A DNA stretch of 32,000 nucleotides, from contig JBDLTP010000056.1 of NCBI GenBank assembly GCA_039805765.1, positions 10,393-42,392 of the forward strand. Direction: 5' to 3'. Every line of letters begins with the position of its first letter. The stretch's first letter is position 1. The notes beneath the pieces were generated by a model. It searched no databases, was not told the DNA's origin, and worked only from the letters and a program-made list of their open reading frames with translations. This stretch comes from Pseudomonadota bacterium. GTDB lineage: Bacteria; Pseudomonadota; Gammaproteobacteria; Methylococcales; Methylomonadaceae. Positions 9,866 through 18,196 of this stretch are shown here, piece after piece. A program made the translations under genes and the position numbers.

Positions 9866-11376
9866 AATTTTTCTCTATTGTCGTCAACATGAAGACTAGC
9901 TGGTTCTGTCTTTTTGGATTGAGCGCTGTCATCGCTCCAACTACCACCCGCACTGCGATATAGCGCAATCCATGCACTTACCCGCTCTTTTTCAAGTTCG
10001 TTGATAGTCATATCTGCTGACAGTACACTGCGCCTTGATGTTTCAACATCAATTAAATTTCCTAATCCTGCCTGATAAAGATGTTGCATGACATCTAAAT
10101 GATGCTGAAAATGTGAAAATGACTTTTGAGCTTCAGGTAAACGTTGTGAAACACTGTTTAAACGTATCAGTGCTTCCTCAACTTCTTTAACTGCGGTGCG
10201 CACTTTACTTCGAAATTTATTTTCGGCAGCTTCAAATTGAACACGCGCTAATTCCACATCCGCAACGCGTTTACCCGCATCAAATAATGGCAAACTCAGT
10301 GTTGGCCCAAAAGACCATGTTTCCGCTAAAAAGAAGGCGGCACCGTTTATATTCTGAAGGGTTGGCGTGATATTGCCGGATAAACTTAATTTAGGAAAGC
10401 GTTTTGCCTGCTCAACACCAATTTTTGCGCTCGCTTCCGCCATATCGCGCTCAGCGGAGGCGATATCGGGTCTTTGAAGTAACACATTTGCTGGAATTGC
10501 ATCAATACTTAAGGTGGGTGGCGTGGGTAATTGAGCAATTTTCGATGGATTTCCTGTGAGTAGGAGCGTGATTTTGTCTTCGGGCAATCCCGTCATCGCC
10601 ACTAAACCTTGAATGGCTTTTTTGCATTGGGACTGCTGTTGATATAAGAGATGGTTTCCTTCTGCAACACTGGCGTTTAAGAGGTCAATATCACTAACCG
10701 CTTTAAGTCCAGCTTGGGCGGCAATCGTACTTAGCCTAGCAGACTCCATTTTTGATGCAGTGTCTTTTTGACGTGCTATGACCTGCAATTCACAATAACG
10801 GTAATCCACATACGCATTAGCAACTTCTGCTGCAACGGAAATACGCGCATCATGCCACGCGGCGTGTCGAGAGTCTAGTTGGCTTTGAGCGGCTTCTTCT
10901 TGTCGTGCAAGCCCGCCAAATAAATCAATTTCCCAGCTTGATTGCAGGCCAGCGGGGAGCTGATTCCAAACAAATGGACTTCCGCCAAAGGAGGCGGACG
11001 AGCGTTTACCTCCACCACTAAAATCCAAAGTGGGGAGTAATACGCCTTCAACGCCCACAAGTGTGGCTCTTGATTGTGCAATCCGCGCCTTTGCATCCAT
11101 GACGGATGTATTGACGTCTTGCGCAGCGGATAATAACTGATTCAGGACGGGATCTTGAAAACCTTGCCACCATTTTTTTAAGTTGTCAGGGTTGCCTTGA
11201 TGGGGACTTGTTATTAGTAACTGAGCCACTGTGGATGAATCTGACCAATGTGCGGGGGCATTTAAAAAAGCCGGTAAATAATCAGGCCCCACTGTTGCTA
11301 TAAGCCCTCCAGTACATCCAGATAGGCATGCTGAAAGGAGATAAACACAGATTTTTCGCGGATTTTCAGGCTTCAT
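9862..11376 (-). CDS. Efflux outer-membrane factor lipoprotein (NodT/OprM family)
   Basis: Lipobox (LLSACLSGC) is followed by the duplicated TolC-like coiled-coil/beta-barrel pattern (...FDAGKR...LYRSAGGGW-like C-terminus: LYRSAGGSW). It is the first gene of the three-gene efflux operon. Confidence 0.85.
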   Translation of the reverse strand: MKPENPRKICVYLLSACLSGCTGGLIATVGPDYLPAFLNAPAHWSDSSTVAQLLITSPHQGNPDNLKKWWQGFQDPVLNQLLSAAQDVNTSVMDAKARIAQSRATLVGVEGVLLPTLDFSGGGKRSSASFGGSPFVWNQLPAGLQSSWEIDLFGGLARQEEAAQSQLDSRHAAWHDARISVAAEVANAYVDYRYCELQVIARQKDTASKMESARLSTIAAQAGLKAVSDIDLLNASVAEGNHLLYQQQSQCKKAIQGLVAMTGLPEDKITLLLTGNPSKIAQLPTPPTLSIDAIPANVLLQRPDIASAERDMAEASAKIGVEQAKRFPKLSLSGNITPTLQNINGAAFFLAETWSFGPTLSLPLFDAGKRVADVELARVQFEAAENKFRSKVRTAVKEVEEALIRLNSVSQRLPEAQKSFSHFQHHLDVMQHLYQAGLGNLIDVETSRRSVLSADMTINELEKERVSAWIALYRSAGGSWSDDSAQSKKTEPASLHVDDNREKL

Positions 11377-11583
11377 TATAATGTGGTTTGTATTCCCCGT
11401 AAATTTTTGTAAGGGAGGAGGTCATAGTCGATGCATAAGTCATATCAAAATAATGATTTAATCATTGCAATTAACCGAGGCGTTGTCAACAAAGCGCTAT
11501 TTAATTTATGAAATGACGGCGTTAACGATTGGAATCTCAACTGACGGATGTTTTTATGCGGCTTTTTTTCTGTTGAATCGGCG

Positions 11584-12603
11584 TTAGATTGCAACTAAAC
11601 TTTTTTCAAAAATTGCCCAACAATGCTCCCATGTCCATTTAGTAGCGTTACGTTTAATATTTTCTGTATTAAGCGTTAAACATTTTTGAATGGCTGTTTG
11701 CAAATCATAATCTAAATACCCATCCACACCATTTTCAATTATATCAATTGGACCGGGGACTGGATACGCGGCAACAGGGCATCCCATCGCTAAGGCTTCA
11801 ATAATCACAATGCCAAAAGTATCAACCTTGCTTGTAAAACAAAATACATCTGCATCTTGGTAATAGTTCGCTAAATCGCCATTATGCTTATATCCCACAA
11901 ATTCAACATGGGGATAATTAGTTTGTAATTCAGTGCGATGTGGGCCATCACCAACGATGGTTATTTGATAGGATAAATCCGAAGAGAGTTTGCATAAATC
12001 CTCTAAACTCTTTTCTTTAGAGACTCGACCCACAGAAAGCAATCGAATTTTAGAGCTAGATGTTTTTGGTCGAGTAGGTTTAAGTAATTCTCGGTTAACG
12101 CCACGCGTCCAAGGAATAATCGAATTTTTAAAACCGTGGTTTTTTAATTCATGAACCATAGTTTTGGTGGTTGTGATCACTGTATTTGAGCGTGCATGAA
12201 ACCATCTAACATAATCATAAGTCAGCGACTCAGGAATACCATAGATTCTATATAGAAATTCGGGATACTTAGTGTGATAGGAGGTATTGTAATTGTATCC
12301 TCGTCTACAACACCAATGTCTCACCGCTAATCCAATAGGGCCTTCTGTACAAATATGAATATAAGTCGGATTGATTTCAGTGATTAATTTGGTAATTCCC
12401 AGCGCCAAACTAACTTTCACTTCAGGATAGCCAGGTGCTGAAAAATGCCAAAAAAAAGAAGGATTAATGTGTTTCACACAGTATCCATTCAAAATGGCTT
12501 GTTTTTCAATATTCGTAAACGTCGTCACGACGCCGTTCACTTGAGTTGATAAATTATCTGATACTATTAAAATTATTCGCATAATGACTTTAAAGTATCC
12601 CAT
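11584..12603 (-). CDS. Glycosyltransferase family 4 (GT-B, group 1)
   Basis: N-terminus is MRIILIVSD...NGVVT. C-terminus has the E-x7-E region (FGIVIIEALAMGCPVAAYPVPGPIDIIENGVDG) characteristic of GT4 enzymes. The start is uncertain: ATG at 12603 or at 12582 (MRIILIV). Confidence 0.75.
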   Translation of the reverse strand: MGYFKVIMRIILIVSDNLSTQVNGVVTTFTNIEKQAILNGYCVKHINPSFFWHFSAPGYPEVKVSLALGITKLITEINPTYIHICTEGPIGLAVRHWCCRRGYNYNTSYHTKYPEFLYRIYGIPESLTYDYVRWFHARSNTVITTTKTMVHELKNHGFKNSIIPWTRGVNRELLKPTRPKTSSSKIRLLSVGRVSKEKSLEDLCKLSSDLSYQITIVGDGPHRTELQTNYPHVEFVGYKHNGDLANYYQDADVFCFTSKVDTFGIVIIEALAMGCPVAAYPVPGPIDIIENGVDGYLDYDLQTAIQKCLTLNTENIKRNATKWTWEHCWAIFEKSLVAI

Positions 12604-12782
12604 TTACATGACAATATCATTAAAGACTATTTTTTTAGCCTAACCTAAGCGCCCGACATGACCGGCATTTCAACATAAATACATTGCGTGTTTGAATTGT
12701 TGTCGAGTCGCAGGGGCATGATGTAATCACATGATTTGCCTGACTGCACCATTCTTAATTGTATTGCTAAACGTGTATGCGA

Positions 12783-13583
12783 TTATGAGCCGAAATTAGT
12801 TTTCATGGCGTCGATAACTAATGCAGGATGACTCATGTGCGCACAGTGACCTGCAATATCAAAAATAGTTAATTGACTATTTTTAAGTTGACGGTGCATA
12901 TATTCTCCTACGCTCAGTGGAGCAAGGGAATCATGACTGTTTTGTAAAATAAGGCAAGGCTTGAGCACTCGGGCGAATTCCTCTCGGTTATCTGCAAAAA
13001 AAGTTGCTTTAGCGAACGTTTTGGCCACCAAGGGATCTGTTGAGCAGAAACTATCAGATAATTCACCACTGATGGCTCTATTTTGCTGTTCACCAGCCAC
13101 AATTGGGGCGAGGTAATTGGCCCAGCCAAGATAATTTTGATCCATGAGCGCTAATAAATCCACTAAGTCTTCACGTTCAAATCCACCCATGTAATCTGGC
13201 GGAAAATTCATAAAACAGGGGGATGCGCCAATTAAAATAAATTGATTAAATAACTGAGGGCGTAATAGGGAGGTAATGAGTCCAATACTACAGCTCACCG
13301 AATGCCCGATAAACGTTACATTTTCTTGTAAATTTAATGCGTCACAAATATCGATTACATCTTGTGCATAACCGTTCAGACTTGAATAGCGATCAACGTT
13401 AAACGCGGACAAATCGGATTGTCCACTGCCTACATAATCAAATAAAATTTGTTTGTGAGAATGGTTGAATTCAGGTGTAATGCGATTCCACATGGCTTGA
13501 CTACAGCCAAATCCATGCGCATAAAGCAATATTGCGTCACCATCACCTTGAATACACACATTATTTCGCTTGATAAAATTCAT
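12783..13583 (-). CDS. RsbQ/KAI2/D14-type alpha/beta hydrolase
   Basis: The full length is colinear with the RsbQ/KAI2 family: HGFG oxyanion motif and nucleophile elbow GHSVS with Ser95. Asp218 (NSHDSLAP) and His246 (IAGHCAHMSHP) sit at the family's triad positions (residues counted from the translation). It lies 37 nt downstream of the BLUF histidine kinase gene. Confidence 0.8.
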   Translation of the reverse strand: MNFIKRNNVCIQGDGDAILLYAHGFGCSQAMWNRITPEFNHSHKQILFDYVGSGQSDLSAFNVDRYSSLNGYAQDVIDICDALNLQENVTFIGHSVSCSIGLITSLLRPQLFNQFILIGASPCFMNFPPDYMGGFEREDLVDLLALMDQNYLGWANYLAPIVAGEQQNRAISGELSDSFCSTDPLVAKTFAKATFFADNREEFARVLKPCLILQNSHDSLAPLSVGEYMHRQLKNSQLTIFDIAGHCAHMSHPALVIDAMKTNFGS

Positions 13584-13620
13584 CGAAATTCTCCAAATAT
13601 AAATGTTAGTGAAAAAGTAT

Positions 13621-15885
13621 TTATAAATAAAAACGAACTACAACTTGGCTGCCTTGATTAGGTACGCTGTTAAAATGAATCTCACCATTTAAAAACATCA
13701 TCATCTCCTTCGCAATCGTTAAGCCTAGGCCGATACCGGGGATATTACCACTTTTATCGACACGATAAAAACGCTCAAAAATAAGCGGAATGTCTGTTTC
13801 TGCAACCCCAATTCCTTCGTCAATAATTTCAATGTCTAATGCATTATTTGCGGTAGTAAAGTGGGTGTAAAGTGACACTTTGCCTTCGTTGGATGAATAT
13901 TTATAGGCATTATCAAGAATATAGTAAATTACTTGTTTAAACTTTATTTTATCCACATAAAGTTCCATATTTTTAAGATCGGGAGGCAACGAAAAATCAA
14001 TGGCTTGACGCCCTGGGGGAACGGCAAATTCAGCGACTGTTTCATGTATTAAATCACTGAATACATAGGTGTTTTTTTCAAAACCGATACCGGTTCGCGT
14101 TTCGATGCGATGCAAATTGAGTAATTCATCTACCATGGCAATTAACCAAGTCGATTGTTCATATATTATATGAGCAATACTCGATTGACTTTCTAACGAT
14201 CCCATGCCATCTTCTAATAGCTCACTATACCCATGAATTAAAGCGAGTGGTGTCCGTAATTCGTGGGATGCGTGTGTTAAGAATTCCGCTTTAATACGAT
14301 TAGATTCTTCTTCTTTTGTGATGTCATTAAAATAAAATAAACTGCCTAATGTATTTCCATTCGATAATACAATGGGTTGCATGCTACACATTAATTTAAT
14401 GAGTCGTGGTTTGATGAGATCAATATAATGAGTTTCACCTATTTCTTGAGGGATAGAGACGTTTTTTTGACTGTGGCTAGCTAAATAATCCCAAAATTGA
14501 TGGCTGGATAAGGCGTATAAATCTTGAATTGAGTGCCCAATTAATCGGGCAATCATATCATTGGCAAATAAAATGCGATGGCTATCATCTACCAATAAAT
14601 AGCCATTGGGACTAATATGAAAAATCGTATTCAATATGGATTCAGTCCGTCGTTGTGATTCTAAAATTTCGGCTTCAAATTTATCTCGTTCAATAGACAC
14701 AAAAAACGTCCAAAAATATGACTCAATACCTTCAAATATGCCTTTTTTACAATTGAGAATCACTGGAATACGGGTTTGATTTTGGCCGCATAATTTTAAA
14801 TGAATTTCATTCACATTTTCTTGATGGCAAAGCATTGTCCAAACATGCGTTTGCAGAAAAATGCGACTGGCTGGTGGCAATAATTCATTTATCGATTTCC
14901 CTTCAACATCCTCTCTTTCCTTTCCAATCAGTCGAAGTATCTCTGAATTTGCTTTTAAGATAATGCCATTATTGTCGGTGATTAAAATTAAACAAGGCAG
15001 ATAATCAAAATCATCGAGCTCAAAATGTATAAAATGTTTTTGAATTTGGGTGAGGTGACGTCTAAAAAATTGCCCTGCGGGATGATTTTTGAAATCGGTA
15101 AGACCTAATAAACTATACGTTTCATGCCCCGTCGTCCCATAAAAGCCCATTTGCCAATTTGGAAATTCGCGTTTAAGTGCAAAACCTTCATGAAATACCG
15201 TAATATTGAGGTGGCGTTTATCATTGGTGATGTGAGAATAAAATAAGTTGATAATGTCCGCTTTGTCTCCTTCGATAAGTTGCAAAAAAAATCCATGATG
15301 ATAAATCAGTATCCCCGTAATATAACTCAATTGATTGAATTGACGAGCTGTCGTCAGGATAGCGATTAAGTCATTTTCACCTAAATTATCCACGGCCTTG
15401 CTTGCATAAATGAGTTGATAAACTGGGTTTTCATCCGCTTTATTAACGTCACTTATGATGGGATATTCTTTTGCAATATCACTTAGCCAATGTCCAATCG
15501 TTTTTAGTGCGTTGTAATTTTTGGTTAAAAAATAAAGGCACGTTTCATGAGAAAATTTTAATTCAGTCGATGGGATAGTTTCTCCCCAAATTAAAACTGG
15601 AATGTGCGGTATACGATTAAAGCAGGTTTTGAGTACGGTGTTAGCCTCAACATCAGTGTTTAACGCGGAATGGGATTTAAGTATCGCAAGATATTTTTCA
15701 TCCATAATAATCACATCAAAACTGAGTGGATTAGCTTCAAATACCAATAACGCGTCAACAACATTATTTAAAGCAACAACCGAATGCCCAAAATAGGTTA
15801 GTGATTTGTTTAATAAGTTGAGAATTAACGATTCATCAATGACTAAAATGTTGAAGCAACGCATTGATTGATTCATAGGCATCAT
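13621..15885 (-). CDS. Multidomain sensor histidine kinase: receiver-like domain, BLUF, PAS region, HisKA, HATPase_c
   Basis: aa 11-125 are CheY-like (ILVIDES, DVIIMDE). aa ~155-248 are BLUF, with the signature residues in YQLIYAS (Tyr160), FFLQLIEG (Gln202) and NWQMGF (Trp244/Met246). aa ~290-520 are PAS-like repeats. The H-box is FLTHASHELRTPL (His541), the N-box is ILDNAYKYS, G1 is IDEGIGV and G2 is GIGLGLTIAKE. Confidence 0.8.
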   Translation of the reverse strand: MMPMNQSMRCFNILVIDESLILNLLNKSLTYFGHSVVALNNVVDALLVFEANPLSFDVIIMDEKYLAILKSHSALNTDVEANTVLKTCFNRIPHIPVLIWGETIPSTELKFSHETCLYFLTKNYNALKTIGHWLSDIAKEYPIISDVNKADENPVYQLIYASKAVDNLGENDLIAILTTARQFNQLSYITGILIYHHGFFLQLIEGDKADIINLFYSHITNDKRHLNITVFHEGFALKREFPNWQMGFYGTTGHETYSLLGLTDFKNHPAGQFFRRHLTQIQKHFIHFELDDFDYLPCLILITDNNGIILKANSEILRLIGKEREDVEGKSINELLPPASRIFLQTHVWTMLCHQENVNEIHLKLCGQNQTRIPVILNCKKGIFEGIESYFWTFFVSIERDKFEAEILESQRRTESILNTIFHISPNGYLLVDDSHRILFANDMIARLIGHSIQDLYALSSHQFWDYLASHSQKNVSIPQEIGETHYIDLIKPRLIKLMCSMQPIVLSNGNTLGSLFYFNDITKEEESNRIKAEFLTHASHELRTPLALIHGYSELLEDGMGSLESQSSIAHIIYEQSTWLIAMVDELLNLHRIETRTGIGFEKNTYVFSDLIHETVAEFAVPPGRQAIDFSLPPDLKNMELYVDKIKFKQVIYYILDNAYKYSSNEGKVSLYTHFTTANNALDIEIIDEGIGVAETDIPLIFERFYRVDKSGNIPGIGLGLTIAKEMMMFLNGEIHFNSVPNQGSQVVVRFYL

Positions 15886-15910
15886 TTAAACTTTGATTTT
15901 GTTTTTTTAT

Positions 15911-16096
15911 TTAATAGTCAAAATCTTTATTTAAATAAATATGGTCAATTAGCTCTTTAAACCATTTAGGACGTCTAAATAGAATGAAGAGTAATCCAAA
16001 AGCCGTTACTGGAATGGGTCCCACGTCAATCATAATTAACCCAATGATGACAAGGAAGCATTCTAGTTTTGTTAAGAAAAAATATTCTTTGTTCAT
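15911..16096 (-). CDS. Hypothetical small membrane protein (61 aa, two predicted TM helices)
   Basis: Hydrophobic core is CFLVIIGLIMIDVGPIPVTAFGLLFILF, followed by RRPK. The stop is 25 nt upstream of the kinase start on the same strand. No clear Shine-Dalgarno sequence, so coding status is uncertain. Confidence 0.4.
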   Translation of the reverse strand: MNKEYFFLTKLECFLVIIGLIMIDVGPIPVTAFGLLFILFRRPKWFKELIDHIYLNKDFDY

Positions 16097-16227
16097 ATTC
16101 TTATAATAAAAATGTATTCACGATGATGATAAAAAATTGGCTATCTATAATATCACTTTGCAGTGCAGTCGATAAAGGATTCAAGCGAGCTATTTTACCT
16201 GTTTGTAAAGCTCAACGCAGTATGGAT

Positions 16228-17136
16228 TTAGCGAACGTCTCCTTGAGAGTGAGCGCAAACAGCATTAATTTCTACTAAATTGGCCAACCCTAATCTTGCG
16301 CCCATCTTTTGGCAACATAAACTGCCCGCAACACTCGAAAACAGCAGCAATTCATCCCAATCCATGTTTGAGGCAACACCATAAGCGAATGCGCCATGAA
16401 ACGCATCTCCCGCGCCCGTGGTATCTATTGCGTCAATGGAAAGTGCGCTGAGTTTACCTTGTTCATGTCCTTTTTTCCAAATCACCCCTTTTTCACCCAA
16501 CGTAATGACAGCAGTTGGTGCAAGGTCTGAAACGTGATTTAGGGCTTCTTCAACATTTCCAGCTAATTGCAAAGCAAATTTTTCTGAACAAACAGCGTAA
16601 TCCACTTTTGAAAGCAAGGCGTAGGTACTCGAATTTAATGAGCCTGCATCCAATACAATAGGAATGGGGGTATTTTTGGCATACTCGACTAATGGCAATG
16701 AAATATTCGGTTCGTGACCATCAAGCAAAATCACTTTAGGGTTGATATGCGAAAAATCGATGCTATTTTCAAGTAAAGGCTGAGTTTGCCCCTTGTAGTT
16801 AATTAAACACCGCTCTCCATTAGGCTTGACCAATATCATGGATAAGGGGGTAGGCAATTCACCTCGAATAATCAAACTGGCATCTACACCCGATTCAATC
16901 AACTCTTGTAAATGTTTTTCACCATACAAATCCTTCCCTAAATAACCCGCAAAGGCAGTCGTTCCCCCAAGTCGCGCAATCTGAACGGCGGCATTTGCCG
17001 CAGGTCCACCACCACACGCCAAGAAATCATTGGCAAACAGCTTCTCATCAGCGTTAGGATGATAATCAACGGTAAAAATCAAATCATAACTGGCATGACC
17101 CACGCATAAAACGTCTACGGCAAGATTCTGTTTCAT
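16228..17136 (-). CDS. PfkB-family carbohydrate/ribokinase-like kinase
   Basis: N-terminal GG motif (ACGGGPAANAA) and C-terminal PfkB signature DTTGAGDAFHGAFAYG. Confidence 0.8.
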   Translation of the reverse strand: MKQNLAVDVLCVGHASYDLIFTVDYHPNADEKLFANDFLACGGGPAANAAVQIARLGGTTAFAGYLGKDLYGEKHLQELIESGVDASLIIRGELPTPLSMILVKPNGERCLINYKGQTQPLLENSIDFSHINPKVILLDGHEPNISLPLVEYAKNTPIPIVLDAGSLNSSTYALLSKVDYAVCSEKFALQLAGNVEEALNHVSDLAPTAVITLGEKGVIWKKGHEQGKLSALSIDAIDTTGAGDAFHGAFAYGVASNMDWDELLLFSSVAGSLCCQKMGARLGLANLVEINAVCAHSQGDVR

Positions 17137-17237
17137 AGTTTAATGAATATAATTGGTGATTGCATAGGTCAATAATCTAATTTAGGCGATAGATTATCGG
17201 GTGAAATATTTGCCCTAGTTGAGCATTGTGATTACTA

Positions 17238-17588
17238 TCAATCTGCTGTTAAATTGGATAAATAGCACCATGCCTCAAATGGCTGATGTTGCTTGTCGTA
17301 AACGGTGATGGTTTTACGCACATAGTCATGTGGTTTTGGATAATTTGCGTTACATTCTTCGTACTCATCCAAGCGCTCAAACAAGTTTTCAGCATTAATA
17401 ATACGATAAAGTTCACCAAGCACTTTTTCGGGTGAGTTTTTGATCTCAATAGCAGCGCGATATTCGCCTACATTGGATAATTTTCCATAAAAATACCCAT
17501 CACCAAGATAAGTGCAATCATTATCAAGTAATCCATGAGCGGCGTGAGCGCTACTTTTTTTAAGCGTGCCGTATACAAATAAATACAT
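17238..17588 (-). CDS. Gamma-glutamylcyclotransferase-like (AIG2/GGACT family) protein
   Basis: N-terminal YLFVYGTLKK motif and a conserved Glu in VLGELY; the size (116 aa) is typical of the family. Confidence 0.7.
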   Translation of the reverse strand: MYLFVYGTLKKSSAHAAHGLLDNDCTYLGDGYFYGKLSNVGEYRAAIEIKNSPEKVLGELYRIINAENLFERLDEYEECNANYPKPHDYVRKTITVYDKQHQPFEAWCYLSNLTAD

Positions 17589-17593
17589 TAAAA

Positions 17594-18115
17594 ATGACCT
17601 TTATGACTTACTGTGAATTTTGTTTAAGCCAACCTATCGATTCAATTCATCGAATTTATCATGATACACAATATGGTTTTTCAATTCAAAATGACAATGC
17701 CTTATTTGAACGACTGATGCTTGAAATCAATCAAGCAGGGCTTTCTTGGGATATTATATTGAAAAAAGCAGATAATTTTCGTATGGCCTACGATGATTTT
17801 AACATAGCAAAAGTTGCGGCATATACAGAGCAGGATTTTTCACGTTTGATGAATGACGCTGGAATTGTGCGTAATCGGTTAAAAATTAATGCTGCGATTG
17901 TTAATGCGAATCACATTTTATCCATACAATCCCAACATGGTTCATTTAAAAACTGGCTTGATGAACATCGTCATTTGAATAAGGCAGAATGGGTTCGGTT
18001 ATTCAAAAAACACTTTGTGTTTACAGGTGGTGAGATTGTGAACGAGTTTTTAATGTCAACAGGGTATTTGGACGGTGCACATCAACTCGATTGTCTCATT
18101 CGTCAAAAAATTTAA
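17594..18115 (+). CDS. tag: DNA-3-methyladenine glycosylase I
   Basis: YHDTQYGF...LFERLMLEINQAGLSWDIILKK...IVRNRLKINA matches Tag. Zn-ligand-like Cys/His residues are at the N-terminus (CEFC..YH) and C-terminus (H-x3-C in GAHQLDC). The start may be the ATG at 17594 or at 17603. Confidence 0.85.
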   Translation: MTFMTYCEFCLSQPIDSIHRIYHDTQYGFSIQNDNALFERLMLEINQAGLSWDIILKKADNFRMAYDDFNIAKVAAYTEQDFSRLMNDAGIVRNRLKINAAIVNANHILSIQSQHGSFKNWLDEHRHLNKAEWVRLFKKHFVFTGGEIVNEFLMSTGYLDGAHQLDCLIRQKI

Positions 18116-18196
18116 TCGCTCGCGCAAAGTAAATTACTTCATTCTGAAATACAAGAACTACACTCCAATTTAAACGTAATGCACTCAAATATCAGT

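Noticed and set aside
2446-9899. Numerous 60-120-aa ORFs antisense to or out of frame within pntB, pntA, the RND pump and its adaptor (for example 4058-4369, 7783-8145, 8655-8945)
   Set aside because: All lie inside long, strongly supported coding regions. They have no family resemblance and show low-complexity composition typical of shadow ORFs. The same applies to internal ORFs in the cas genes, the kinase, the hydrolase and metA.
5661-11376. Calling the efflux operon a czcCBA-type heavy-metal exporter because the outer-membrane factor gene comes first
   Set aside because: The permease TM4 motif (VDDAIVEVEN) is of the multidrug/HAE1 type, not the metal-pump type, so substrate class cannot be inferred from gene order.
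18137-18164. A possible degenerate 31st repeat one period beyond the trailer end of the array
   Set aside because: The sequence at the expected phase (TTCATTCTGAAATACAAGAACTACACTC) shares only scattered bases with the repeat and lacks the CTGCC/GGCAG stem.
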